A DNA stretch of 64,000 bases from Cycas panzhihuaensis (GCA_023213395.1 CM041465.1:137399741-137463740), one strand, 5' to 3'; shown: positions 12,991 through 25,961, numbered from the stretch's first letter. Notes: generated from the sequence alone by a model not told the origin. Program-made: numbers and translations.

Positions 12991-15076
12991 GGGTTAGTAA
13001 AATCAGTGAGGTCAGTGATCAGGGGTCAATTGAATCGACATGAGGTTAGGGATTTGAGTCAGGACATGTGCCCAAGATGGCTTTTCAAACCAACACGGAG
13101 ATGAAATTATGTTCATACCTTTCAAGGTTGTGCCATTAAATTTGCAACCTTCCAAATTCATGGGAACAACTTGAGAACTTCATTAAAAAGTTTGTAATCC
13201 TCTTATTCGATGATGTGGTATTACCGAAGATTGCTTTTTCATGCTAAGCAGGTGTTGTCCATGCTGCATCAATTTGGTTAAGAAAGAATAAACTATTTGG
13301 GGCTTTGCCTGCTCGTAATAGTAGTTCAGGTTGATGAGAGGGAACATTAGAGCAATCAAAAGTTGATCTAACCCAGTAACCTCTTGCAACATGGAGCCCT
13401 TTCCTGGTTAGCTTCGTCCTGCAGATGATTTGTTTGAGACTTTCACACAAAGAAGCCTCATTCTAACAAGAATTTTTGAGAGTTACTTCCATTAGACTGG
13501 AGTTCTTAGAAGTGTCATTGGGGTTACAGTCATTGAAACCAAAAAAGTCATTTGCTTCAAGAACAAAAATGATGACAGTGAGTGGTTAAGAGCTATAGAT
13601 GTTCGCCATATGTTGTGTTTTAGTGATAACATCTACAAGTAACATTGCTTCCCAAACTGATCGCCCAGCTTGAAGTATCATCTGACCCAATTGGTGCTTG
13701 CTTAATGGGACATAGAAAAGATGGGAAGATACCATAACAAGGACCAGAATGCACCGTTAGGACATACAAAGGCATAGTCAGCAAGGTGTGTGTGTTATCT
13801 GGAATTTTTATTGTTAAGTGATTGCTACCATTAGATTTCTAATTTAGCAGATTCAGGACATACTTTGTTTTTGTCTTTGAACAACATAGTGCTTAGAGAT
13901 AAATAGAGGCCGCATGGGAAGAATGCATTCTTGCACAACACTTCTTTTTCATAGATCAATAGGGATTTACTTCTATAGAAGGGAAGAATTTTCATCCTGC
14001 CTAATTATGAATTTGGAATGGGGATTGCCATTCACACCCTATTGGCGGTCACAAAGGATTTGGGAAAAACATGTTTGAACATAAGAATCCATTTTTATCA
14101 TGCCAGTTTTTGTATGAGGATAAAAAACAGTAAGTTAAGAAATTTGTCAAACGAACGTTCCCTATCCTGAGCCAACAAGTTATTGAATGTTTCTGTTTGT
14201 GGATTTGACTTTAGATTAGATTAAATGAGTCCTATAGGTGGCCCGACAAACTCCAGCTAGTGGTTAGATGAGAAATATGCAATTGCTGATTGAATCACTA
14301 AGCGCACAAACTTCCTGGCCAAGTGGACCATACAAAGCCTCTCTTGTGACATAATCCTTTTTTACTTATTGAACATAAATGTCTTAAGGGTTCCACCTAT
14401 CACCCTCAGATTCATGTCCAAACATGTATACGATAGAAGACTTGGAAGAGTGTGTTCAACACTTGCTTGTAAAATGACTAGTTTTATAGTGTTCTTACAT
14501 AAATTTGTAAGAATATCTCTAGTTGCATCAGTATTTGAGGCCTTGTTTGGATTTGGGGCTTATATGAACATTTCTTGGCAGAAGTGTAATACGATTTACT
14601 CACAAGAGAATGCACTGATGACATGGTGAAAGAGCTGAACGCAGAGCTGTTGGTGCCAAGACTTGGGAGACCTCTCTTGACCTTCACTTTGATGACCAAT
14701 TCCATTCATATTGTGATGATTTAATGTGCAAATAAAATAACTATGATGTGGTTAGGTGGCTATTGCACCCAACATGATTATAGAAGAGGCTTTAAGTTGC
14801 AGTTGCAAACTCTTGCAATTTATCTTGTTCTTTGGATTTTTTTCAAGATCAGTTGTTCCTCTGACAAATATGACCCTTATTTGGGTTGATTTGCTAGCTT
14901 AGCCCTGGAGTAGACTCAGATGTGGATTCTTCTGTTCCACCTGCTTGTATAAATATTGTTGTGTATGAGATTTGTGGTATAAATATTAATGCTTTAATAA
15001 TGACATTGATTTAAAAAAAAAATAAGCTATGGAAATTAGACATCCTAACTGCGATGTTGTTGTGTGCAACAGTACC

Positions 15077-15274
15077 ACATATATCCTCTTTATCTGTTTC
15101 AGCTGTAAAAGTTAGATTAAACTCAACAGTTGTAAGATGGCTTGGATTCAGAACAAGGCAATCTGTGAAGACTTGAAGTTGTAGCATATATATCCTTTTT
15201 ATCTACTTCAGCTGTAAAAGTTAGATTAAACAGTGCAGTAACAAGGTCATTTGGATTCAAACCAAGGCAATCTG
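15077..15274 (+). repeat. Two-copy diverged tandem repeat, period about 108 bp
   Basis: catatatcct..ttcagctgtaaaagttagattaaac..ttggattca..caaggcaatctgt occurs twice. Confidence 0.9.
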
Positions 15275-16075
15275 TTAGTACTTAATTGTGTAAAAAGACT
15301 CTCTGAGAGTAATGTGGCCATTCATTTTGTTGTTAGCATGACTATCAGAAGTGTAGCAAGAGTCTTGCTTATTCGGCATTGATTTGAAAATTTGGCATAG
15401 CAAAGAGTGAAGCTGCTGCTGCATTGAAATAAATAAATAAGACTTAGAAAAGAGATGTTCCACCTTCAGTTTCCAGAGGCAAAATTGTGTTGTTGATACT
15501 TGTTGGTGATGTTGTATATTTATACATGGACTTTCATTCAAAATGTTTTAAGGTGCATTTGTATGTTGTGAAGTATTGGGATTTCCTATTGCAGATGTTC
15601 ACACCGAGCAATTGTGTTTCGGGCATTTACTGAAAATGAAACCTGCAAAAGATTTTGAGTGCAAACAGTTATTTTCATGAGGAAATGTTTTGCTAAAGCG
15701 GGGATTGAAATATACTATTTGACATTTCCATGGAAGATTTGGCCCAAAACTTATTTGCGGAGGCAAGTAGGGTATACAGAGCTGTGTAGTATTAATTCAC
15801 AGTTGCACAAGTTACATGATACTTCAAAATCATCACACAATATTTTGTGAGGGGCAGCTTTTAAATACTGTGTTTTAATTCAAAATCTGATCTGTTTACA
15901 TAGAAAAATTAAAATATGACAGGTTATAAAGAAAATTTAGAAATATATAGACCTACAAAATAAAATAACAATTCTCTACATAGAAATAGAAATATAAATG
16001 GAAGTATATTAATGTTCTCAAATGACCGAAACAGTCAATGGTACTGGAGAAAAGATGTTCTGCATACAATACATG

Positions 16076-16298
16076 GATAGGGAGTGTGCAGAACTTCTCC
16101 AATCTAAACCCATCTAAGACCATCTAGTGATGCACATATGAGCAATAACAATAACAATATATTGGCTAAATAAAGTAATACACAAATTCGTCAATAGGGA
16201 GTGCGTAGAGCATCTCCAGTGTAAGCCTGTCTAAGACTGCCCAGTGATGTATGTATGAGCAATAACAATAACAATGTCTTGGCCAAATAAAGCAATAG
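16076..16298 (+). repeat. Two-copy diverged tandem repeat, period about 117 bp
   Basis: atagggagtg..ctaagac..agtgatg..tatgagcaataacaataacaat..ttgg.aaataaag occurs twice. Confidence 0.9.
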
Positions 16299-16869
16299 AT
16301 TACTTTGAATGCCGTAATCTCTATATGAGAGATCCTAGAGTTTGATAAGGTTGATACAAGAGGTGTCTCTCATCCTCTATCATGATCTGGAAACCCTAAT
16401 GATCTCGTCTTCTCCATCAACTCCTCTGAAGTTCTGTATCACCCATTGTATAAAGTCATTGAGTGAGTTGTCGATGAATTGCTATTGCAGTACCTTGAGG
16501 GGTGATTCCCTTTGATGCCAAGATGTGTTTTTCCCAACATGGAAGGCCAAAGTCTACAAAGGTTTTAATTAAGGACTAGTAGAAGTTTGCAAAATGTGCG
16601 AGAGGAGACCTAGCAGAGTTGCCTTGATATAAACCTTTGGACTCTTTACACCTTGGTCTGGTAGTCATTGTCCCTTTATGTGGTGGCCTGCTACAAATTG
16701 CAAGTGTGTGAGGTGGATTAGAGATTTGAGTATGTGAACAACATTTGATATGCTGTTGATTGTCTTGAGAGACTGAAGGGCATTTTGTCCTGATGCAACA
16801 GTCATTGAGCCAAAAAATGATGTAATAATTAACTGCATACTAGAGGGGTTGCAGCTATTCAAGAGTCAT

Positions 16870-18124
16870 TTTCTCCTGAAAAACTACTTTTGGAGAAAAA
16901 GAGCAACACACCTATGCCTTGTGTAAGAAGTCGAAGCTGGTGAGGATCCTATGGAGACTCTAAACAGGTAGTAAAATTTGTCCCTAATCTCATAGTGTAC
17001 TGGGCATCGAAAAATAAAATGATCTTCAGTCATTGGTTCTGACAAATAAAGCATGTGAATCCTCTCATTTCAAAGAATAAAATGCTGGGCTTCTACCCTA
17101 AATTGGTGAGAGGACACTTCGGACTACCCCATGGGAACTACTAAACCATTCTACATATAGAGGCATATATACCATGCTGGATCAATTGTAACATATGTAA
17201 ATTTGAGAAAATGCTCATGGTAGAAAGTTTAGGACTAAGCTACTCTGTGGGAGAAATCCAAGGAACCTGGAGATATGCTTGGTAAAGTTCATTTCTTATG
17301 GCCACATTAATCTCTTTCTCGGATAATGAGATTAGGGTTATCTAAGGGGAACTATGGGTGGAAGTTCATCACAGAAAGCCCAATCATCTGCAATACAACT
17401 GGATCTTAAATATACCTGTACTTGGAGTTTGTTTGAGATAGATATTGTGAGGAATACTGGGCCAAAAATGGGTATCTATCCTTTCAAACACTAGACTCTG
17501 CCATCCTCCTATCCTTCTGTGTAAATGCAAAACAATCCCAAGTATGGCCACCTGATTGAAGGGGATGTGCTCCAAACTCTGCATGTGTATCACATGTATG
17601 CTAAGCATAGCATTTGCACTCCCTCAATCCTTGTCCATTCTAGGGAGGACAGACTTGGTTCTTACATCTCTGCTCCATGTAAAACCATAGGCCCAGCTAG
17701 AGAATCAAAGGATAATTGCTTTGTACATATATCTTGGAAATATATTTGAAAACATTGCTTCTCTAGAAATGAAAGTGAGTCATATCCTTTACGAAATTGA
17801 GGCCAAGCTGTTAGATGTATGAAAAAAGTATGCCAGATATTCTTAATTATGTAAAAGATGAAACTATCTCCAACCGCTGCTGCCGAAAGGTGAGCAACAA
17901 TCTAGATAAAACATCCTTAGAGGCACTGAAAACCATCATCTTATTCATTTCTAATTCTTCTTGTTCTCAGAAAAAGATGGCAAAGCGTTTGTTACAACCC
18001 CTAAGAGAAACTATATTATATGCAAATAACAAAAAGGCAATCAAAACATTATACAACATGCATCCATCATATATATACAAGAGTGGCTTGTCAAATGTAC
18101 TCTTCAGCAACCCTATTTGACTCA
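16870..18124 (-). mobile_element. 5'-truncated degenerate LINE (RT C-terminal half and CCHC zinc finger)
   Basis: Minus strand reads GVK*GC near 18120, FLLFAYNIV (LLFADDIV-like), NKMMVF and SSHQFRVE...TEDHFIFRCPVHYEIR. Confidence 0.8.
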
Positions 18125-20870
18125 AATAGTTTGGGGATCTTTCTACAAAAACCATGTGGGGTGAGGACTTGCCTTATAATTCTCGTATATAAAGTTACTA
18201 CACCAAGCATGATTGCTTGTGAGAATTCCAAACAATGTGGATGTAGGAAATGTGGTGGAATTACATCAGAAGTCTTTCAAGAGTTTAATAAGACAATGGT
18301 AAGCCTTACGACGGTGATGTTTAACTTCCTCAATGATAGCTACAAGAGAAAATATTATGGGGTCATATTTTGTATGTATAGGATTTAATGCCTTTATGAT
18401 GTTTTTAAGAGTCAACCTCCGAACCACATATTCACATTTTTATTAGTTTCAAGTCAATTTTGGCCTTTAATTAAATTATTCGTAATATAGCTTCTTTGTA
18501 ATGTCGTATAGCCTTGGTCATAGTAGTGCTCATGTGACCAATACTGGGATCTAGGGTCATTTTGGCCAAACTAACTGGTTTCAAATGATGCATAAGTAAT
18601 TTGTTTGTATGGATTTGGGGGAATTGTAAACACACTATCCTTGTGCATTCACACCTCAAATGTGCACCTACACATTCAACCTTCTTACCTTAGTTGAAAT
18701 TAACGTCTAGCTTGCAATACTTACACTGGTTAGTTCCTAAAACCCGACCTTATGCAACCTAATATGGGATAATTTTCTCTAAGAATATATTGCATATTTC
18801 AACATAATTAAATAATAAATATTCCAATTCATTTAACAAATGTTTTAGTACCTTCCTATGAATAATTAAATGCATGCTTCAATTCACATTTAATGCTACC
18901 GTTTGACACCATTGGTAACGCACATTTTTGTATGTTTCTTAATGTCTCTTGAATAAATAGTAAATATATTTTCATGGGTGTTATCAAATGTTTAATGCAC
19001 AACTCTGCATATTACATAAATGAGCACGAGAATGTTAAAAGTAACATTTCAAAATGCACACCATTCTGATGGAGAGATCGTGTGCAAACACCTTTAATCC
19101 ATTATTACTGTGTCAAGTATTATATAGGTTAATGCAATCAATTTTTTTTTTCACAAATGAATCTTCAAGTGTTTGGTCATTATCATTTCTAAAAGCATGG
19201 TAAATGTGATTAAATTTCAGGGAAACATCAACATTAATAAATAAGAATTAAATAGGGGTTGGAAGTGAAGATTAGAAGAATGATGGCTTCACTTAGTCCA
19301 TGATAAATGGGTAAGTTGCTCTCTCTTTCTTGCTTTCATTTTCAAACCTAGAAAGGACGGAATAATCACATTAAACACATTTATAAACGTCATGGATGTC
19401 CAATAAATTTTTTAATTGATGATCCCCTTTATTATAAACAAAATTTATTCTGAATATATATTAAACACATAAGGCCATGGAATATGTCCTAAATCTAAAC
19501 ACCATAACAAAGATAATTTGAGTAATATTTTTAATAAAACCTTTTTCAAAATGTTGGTTGTGTTAGCAAAATGTCATTTGGCTTGATATACAAGAACTTG
19601 AGGGCTAAAAAGGCTGTTGTTGCTTTTATGTCATCCGATATGGTCCAACATTTGGTGATATTGGAAAAAACATGCTTGATAATTCTTGGGAATAGATCCT
19701 CAACTAGGTGGCTGAGTATTCATTGATGTAACCATTGATGGGTGGGGAGTAGTGAAGTAGAGGAAGAGGTGGAGGAGCCATCTTTCTGTTAATAAACCTA
19801 GCCATTGACAAGACCAGAGGTGGTGAGGACAAGGAAGGGGTTTGCCTTGAGATGCAAATGTCAACAAGTTGTAGGATTCACCTCTCATTTTCCTTTATTT
19901 AGCATGGGGCCTCTATCTCAACCATTGCTCAAGAAATTGAGCGAAAAGCCCACTCAACCTTACTATTCTTTGAATACTATGATGAAATGATAGGGTATTG
20001 ATAGGAGAAAATCTTGCTATCAATTCTTGCATTATAATGAACGATGGAGATAAATTATCGTGCTTGTAATGCTTAACCCCTGAAAAACATAGTTAACACT
20101 GAATTATCTTTAGGACTGAATGAACTAGTGAGCCCCCTCTCATTGGACTACATGTATCCATGTGATACCAAAATAATTTTTTGGAGGAGGAAAACTCTCC
20201 CTATTGCCCACCTGCATTGTTACTTCCTCATCAAATCGACTTTCTCTGAGCCCATTTTGTGTAAGATAAGAGCAACTATTCTAGCTCATAATGAGTGTAT
20301 TATTTTTAAAACCCTCTCAATTCCTACTCTGTGTGTGTATAACCCTTTTTTTTTTGTGAATACTTTACATCCATGAAACTTTCATTACTATTGAATTTAT
20401 ATACCATTCTTGTAACTCAACACTCTTATCCTTACTTTGGTAAGAGATGTTATTTTAAAAGGGGGGAAATATCCTTGAAGATTCTCTCATGATAATTCTT
20501 TTTAAGTAGACATTTAAATCCCTATGAGTTAATTCATGAATAAATTGATCATAGTGAGTATCAATAACTTAATGGCATCATAATTTTATGAAATTTAAGG
20601 ATTTGGAATCCAAGCGTAGATTTCTTCTTGCACCATTTTGTTTTTTACAAGTAAAATCTCTATAAAGTGGGGTTGACTTGTCAATATGAGATGCCATAAG
20701 AGAGGGGAATTTAATTTGCCAAAATCTCCTAGAAATTGCATTTGGCATCATTTGTTTAGAGACAACAAGTAGTGGTTTCAAACCTCCCAAAAATCTTGAC
20801 GCTAACATAATCTACGAAGGCCCGATTAAGATTACAAGATCTAAACATACACTAATATTACTAAGCCGTC
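18125..20870 (+). other. RLK-motif mosaic island E (non-coding)
   Basis: LVYK, PSM, HDC, GDV, RIAL, AHVT, GNCK, NLLTL, LQYLH (18712-18726), PKTRP, FLNVS, DGEIV, IGVGS, SFGLI, IDPQL, CDTKII, IAHLH, FSEPI, SIPT, LEIA, FGII, EGPI. Confidence 0.58.
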
Positions 20871-20879
20871 TTTGTTGCC

Positions 20880-22010
20880 AATGCTACATGTGCATTCAAA
20901 TTTTGTTTAAATTGTGCATTAATGGCATATTAATTTCAAAATAACCATGCACATCACTTCCATTTCATAATTTGAATTGGAGTGCACCCTTACTAGCTAG
21001 CTAAAACAATGGCATACCAAGCTATCGTTGCTATAAACACCATGAACATTGGTCAATACATTGTCAACTCCTTATAGCACCACCTCTATTCAAAAAATCA
21101 CAAACCACAATCAATCACGAAATGATGTTGCCTCAATTTGAACAAACATTCCATAGACCATATGTTCTATTATATTTTGATCCCATTGATTGAATGCCGA
21201 ATACCATAAAAACCATTACGCGCCTATTGGAATTAACCACGCAGGCAAAACCTACTTGTCCATCAGAGCATCAACATCCGCCAATCACCATGCCATGCAA
21301 ATTAGCCAAACATCACATGCATGAACATGAGATGTTGACCACTTTGGTTTGCATGTAAAATGACATTAGATGAAAAAGAGAGGTTGAATTATTCATGTTG
21401 ATTAATATCATCGATGCCACTATAGTAAGCGCCCATTAAGCACTAACATCTTCCATTTACCATGAAATGTCGATAAGAAAAAATGCCCACCAATCACTAT
21501 GAAACAAACATAAAGAAAAGGTTGAATTGTGTACGTTGATCAACATCAATGTTGTCTTATTAAAAGTGTAGATTGTTGACCATGCTAAACATAATTCCAC
21601 CAACACAATAATATAGTAATACGCCACATAAATTTTAAATGAATTTACCGATACCATCAAGCACAATCACAACATCTAAGAATGTCAAATCCACATAAAT
21701 CACTCTAATACAATGCCATAAAACAAATATGTAATGGTGCGGTAACACCATCATTGCCAATTGCCACACAAAAACTGAAATGAATTTGTCAACAATCAAG
21801 CACAATCAAAATGTTGAATATTAACAAATTTGCAGAAATCACTCTAATACAATGCCACAAAACAAATATGTAATGGGTTGGTAGCACTATCATTCCCTAT
21901 CTAGACCCAGAACACCTCTTATAGACCCTTTGAAGGCAAGAACATAAAACCCCGGATTAGAAAACCCAACAATAAATTCAACTATATCGCTAGCTTATAC
22001 ATAATACTAA
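20880..22010 (-). mobile_element. Highly degenerate Mutator-like (MULE) transposase fragment
   Basis: Minus strand reads RGVLGLD, AIGNDG..YGIVLE, YRHFMVN and SWIM-like CSWCL*Q..LGMP, in the expected order. No TIRs recognised. Confidence 0.5.
21655..21895 (+). repeat. Two-copy direct repeat, period about 140 bp, inside the MULE remnant
   Basis: atcaagcacaatca...aaatcactctaatacaatgcca.aaaacaaatatgtaatgg occurs twice. Confidence 0.85.
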
Positions 22011-22019
22011 TAATGAACA

Positions 22020-23400
22020 TTGCACCTAGTGTAATATTTCAATGATTATCTGACCTTCATCAACCAAAGTGGTTGGATATATTCAAAGTCGAATTGCCTA
22101 AATCTACACTCGAACGATAAGCAATTACTTCCACACCAAAATCTCCATGCATCACATAAGGATTTGAATTCTGATACCAAAACTCCCATAATCTAAATGC
22201 TAAAACCATACCAATTAGTTGAAGCTGAATTGCAATCCCATAGGTGATGATACCACGAGACTAACCTTGAGCTCCACCTCGTAATAGAATATTTATAGCC
22301 ATTCCATGGTTGGTTCGAGCCAAAAGATTCTTCTTTTTCATTTTAGTTTATTGAAGATGAAGAACATTAAGAATCCATTCCTGTAATACATTCTCTTAGG
22401 GCTTGTATTGTAGAGGTCAAACTTAGACCTCGCATGCTTTATGATACAATAATCATTTTGTCCTTGATGGGATGATGCCCTTTCAGCTTTGGGAGCTCCT
22501 TCACTTATCTTGGAGATTCTTTATCTTTTGGACATCCAATGTGAACTTGTCTTTTACTAATTCTCAATTGGGAATGAGTCCACTTTCAATTCCTCTTGGA
22601 AGTTTCCATTTAAAGAATTTCCATATTTGATTGTTTGCCTACCTTCCTTCTATTAGTGGACGCAGTCGGCCCAGATTTGAGTGAGTGAGTTGAAGAGTTG
22701 ACTCATCCCCTACATTCTGATGGTCAACTCTTCCTCTCAGAAATGAGGAGTTGATTATTGACAATTATCTACCTACCTTCCTTCTTTCTCCCTTCATAAT
22801 ATATAATTAGATAAATATTAAGTGTTAGATAAAAAATTAATTATTTTATGTTTAAATTTGGTAGAAGATGGGAGGATTTCCTGATGTGCCTCGATCTTTA
22901 GTAAGTTCAACTTTAATGTTCAACAAGTTTGTTAATGTCCATATGAAAATAATTACCATCTACTAGTCCACATGGGTAGCCGGCCCAATTCTGTAGCCAC
23001 TAATTCACTAGGAAGATTATTTGGTTACATTGGTTTGTCGATAATAACTAATAGCCACACTTTAAGAATATGTCATTTTATATAATAGCTTGAATGTGCT
23101 AAAAATACATATAAGAGTAGCATAAATTTTGTATCTCATCTTTTACTTTATAGGACTAGGCAATTTCTTTAGTATCTATTGGCTGACGAAATTACAATAA
23201 ACATTGGCTATATTAACTAAAATACATGAGATATTATTATTATTAGTTAGAAATGCATAAGAAATAGGCTCTTTGGCCTCACAATTGCCCCTCTTAGACT
23301 TATATAAGTGTAATAATACAAAATCTGGCATCAATTTTGACTTGATTAAAGGATATCACTCAAACATAAAAAAAATACTCTATTTTTGATAAAGATTTAA
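22020..23400 (+). other. RLK-motif mosaic island F (non-coding)
   Basis: TKVVGYI (22063-22083), FKVE, LNLHSN (22098-22115), HKDL, LNAK, TIPIS, LVIEY, FEPK, RPRM, SFG, LEIL, AYL, ISGR, VATN, FGYI (23020-23031), IGYI. Confidence 0.6.
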
Positions 23401-23895
23401 CTTTCTAAGGCTCTCAGAAGTGTTTAAAGAGTATTTTCATATTTTCTTCTATTCTTTCATTTTTTTCCCTTTATTTAGAGTTTGGTTTTATATAAATAGA
23501 TATTTGAAATCATAAAAGAAAGGTTATGATAAATAAATATGCCGTAAAAATTTGAAAACAAGAAAACAAGACAAAACCTACAAAAGTAACATTTACCTTG
23601 TATTGATTTCAAATATTAGAATATCCATTAAAATAATCACACAAAAGGGTTTGTGCTTATTCACTAATCGTTTTGAAGTGTAAATGAGTCATCTCCTGTA
23701 ATGCAATAGATTAGAAGTCTAAGTTTTATAGCTTAAAGTTGTGAATAGAAAAACTACAAAAGATGTCATAAAAAAGTTAATTAATATTAAAAAGGTAAGT
23801 TAGCCTCTTTTTGTTGGGGCTCTAGTCATGTGGGCTAATCTAGGGGTTGGGCTTAGACCTCAAAAAACATTTTAATTTAATTAAAGCTAAGAGAA

Positions 23896-24395
23896 NNNNN
23901 NNNNNNNNNNNNNNNNNNNNNNNNNNNNNNNNNNNNNNNNNNNNNNNNNNNNNNNNNNNNNNNNNNNNNNNNNNNNNNNNNNNNNNNNNNNNNNNNNNNN
24001 NNNNNNNNNNNNNNNNNNNNNNNNNNNNNNNNNNNNNNNNNNNNNNNNNNNNNNNNNNNNNNNNNNNNNNNNNNNNNNNNNNNNNNNNNNNNNNNNNNNN
24101 NNNNNNNNNNNNNNNNNNNNNNNNNNNNNNNNNNNNNNNNNNNNNNNNNNNNNNNNNNNNNNNNNNNNNNNNNNNNNNNNNNNNNNNNNNNNNNNNNNNN
24201 NNNNNNNNNNNNNNNNNNNNNNNNNNNNNNNNNNNNNNNNNNNNNNNNNNNNNNNNNNNNNNNNNNNNNNNNNNNNNNNNNNNNNNNNNNNNNNNNNNNN
24301 NNNNNNNNNNNNNNNNNNNNNNNNNNNNNNNNNNNNNNNNNNNNNNNNNNNNNNNNNNNNNNNNNNNNNNNNNNNNNNNNNNNNNNNNNNNNNNN
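23896..24395. other. Assembly gap (500 N)
   Basis: A run of exactly 500 N, which suggests a fixed-size scaffolding gap. Confidence 0.98.
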
Positions 24396-24820
24396 ACAAG
24401 CATGGATTTGTGAAATCAAGTATAGGAGAATCCACATCAAATAGTAATAAAAGTGAAAGCACAACACTAATAAGAAAGGGTGAAAATGGGGCAAGATGCA
24501 AAAAATAAAGGGAGAATGTCAAGGAGGGAACATAAACCACAAGGTAAAAAGAACATAAGTAAATGAAGAAACAAGGGATATAGAAAGCATACAAAGAAAG
24601 GTGAGTCAAATAGAAGCTTTGAAAGCTCGGGGACTACCTCTAGCTCAAAGGACACTTATAGTTCTAATAGTCTCGATGAGTCTAATATGTAATCTTTATG
24701 GAGTCTAGAAAGACGACATCACTTGTTATGAACTAATACCCACCCCTTTTTAGGTGAACCAACATGTTTATTGGGTAATGGAAACCTTCTGCATCATATT
24801 TAAGATGTAGAGGATCAAAG
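24396..24820 (+). repeat. Direct repeat of 26474-26870 (TE-like part plus mosaic part)
   Basis: acaagcatggatttgtgaa...catcatatttaagatgtaga occurs at both places, with substitutions and one indel block. Confidence 0.9.
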
Positions 24821-24979
24821 GAAGAACATTATGGAGTCGTAATAAGGTAAAGTAATATATGAATAACTTATATATAATAGATGAGATGAATATTATTTAA
24901 ATGGTATTAGAGATATAATTTAAAGGGTCGTAAACGTAGGGTTTTAAAAGGTGACACCAATGTATAATATATATTACAC

Positions 24980-25960
24980 TAGGTAAGGATACACGTAAAA
25001 ATTGCCAGAGCTATTGCAATGCATGATATGAAGCGATTTATAATATATGGATAATGCAATAGAGCAAGGCAAATTTTTGAATGATATATGCACACCCGCA
25101 ACTGACAAAAAATGACTACGTGGCTGTAAGAGGCAATAGATGCAACTGGAAGAGATGATGATAGCAGTGAATCTACTAACCAGTTAAGAGAAATTAAATG
25201 AGGCGATGAAAAAATCAAGGATGCAGAGAATGAAGAGATGTAGGCAGAACAAGATGACCTCTGATAATGGAAGGAAAAGATGAACGGATGACGATGAAGG
25301 AAGACTATGCAATAATAGAGAACAATAGCAAAAATAGGCAGGAACGATGAACGCAGGAAATGATTTTGACAATGATGGAATGTAGCGCTGAAACCCGTAA
25401 TGTCCAAAACGATGGTGACATATATGTGTGTTGGAAAACACGTCGTAAATATGTATATATGAATTACGTGAGGGCGAACTTCGTAATACATACGTACGCT
25501 GGTATGGACCCAACAAACTAAATCACTGTGTAGCCGCAATGGACTGCACGTTGGATGTTGCAGACTGGCTGTAATAATGTGTAGTGTGGAGGAGACAGAG
25601 GATACAACACAAACCTCCAATGACGACAGGAACGAGGAGATAAATGAAATAGGACAGAAGATTATTGCATATATATGATGGCAAAGCCGAGAAGAGTGCT
25701 TTGATACCACTTATTCTGATCTTTTCTATAACTGGAACATAATTTAAAAGATTCCAAAGAACACAAGTATGCTTGAAAGTAAATTTGCAGTCAAAAGACC
25801 AATTGGTATTGATTGATAAAAATAAGTGATGATCTTCAATACACTGGAGGCCTCATTTATAAGTGCATGATAGGCCTTTTCAATTATAAGTTACAACTCT
25901 TGGAGATGCCCTTTCACTTTAATTAACAATTACTTAATCCCTTTAAGGAGGTCTGTAACA
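24980..25960 (-). mobile_element. 5' LTR (about 25960-25712), PBS and leader of a truncated LTR element
   Basis: gctttgatacca at 25698-25709 is the reverse complement of a TGGTATCAAAGC PBS. The LTR ends ...tgtaaca at 25960. Confidence 0.6.
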
Positions 25961-25961
25961 T

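Larger units (their letters stand above)
12991..16870 (+). ncRNA. RLK-motif mosaic island D (largest); putative TAS/PHAS-like non-coding region
   Basis: ILLFDDVVLPKIAF (13197-13238), KQVLSML (13246-13266), WLRKNKLFGALP, RPADDLF, PLDWS, AIDV, SLKYHL, IGAC, GKIP, YKGI, AFLHN..INRDL (13925-13969), GFGK, GFGA, VVYE, IRHPN (15035-15049), VAR-LAY (15353-15372), FGIAK (15391-15405), CCIE, YFHEE, KVYKG (16549-16563), ERRPS, TFG, FEYVNN (16725-16742). No ORF over 90 aa. RNA function is inferred, not observed. Confidence 0.55.

Noticed and set aside
14154-14684. TAS3 call from a miR390-like site (aacgttccctatcctgagcca, 14154-14174) and tasiARF-like tcttgacctt (14675-14684)
   Set aside because: The site has about 7 mismatches to miR390, including central and seed-end positions. 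The tasiARF match is only 10 nt and there is no second site. Both read equally well as LRR snippets (RSL.LS, SLDL).
16769-16789. Second, plus-strand LINE zinc finger (ETEGHFV)
   Set aside because: There is no upstream RT similarity and the CCHC is incomplete. The surrounding DNA is better explained as mosaic snippets.
12991-16870. Conventional LRR-RLK or NLR pseudogene
   Set aside because: Motifs are out of order, repeated many times and lack the intervening variable sequence. There is no collinear stretch beyond about 15 codons.
23840-24609. Long ORFs in the ORF track
   Set aside because: Artefacts of translating through the N gap.
24979-25710. 243-aa minus-strand ORF
   Set aside because: It starts at the PBS of an LTR leader, has Ser/Ile/Leu/Phe-biased composition and no recognisable domain.
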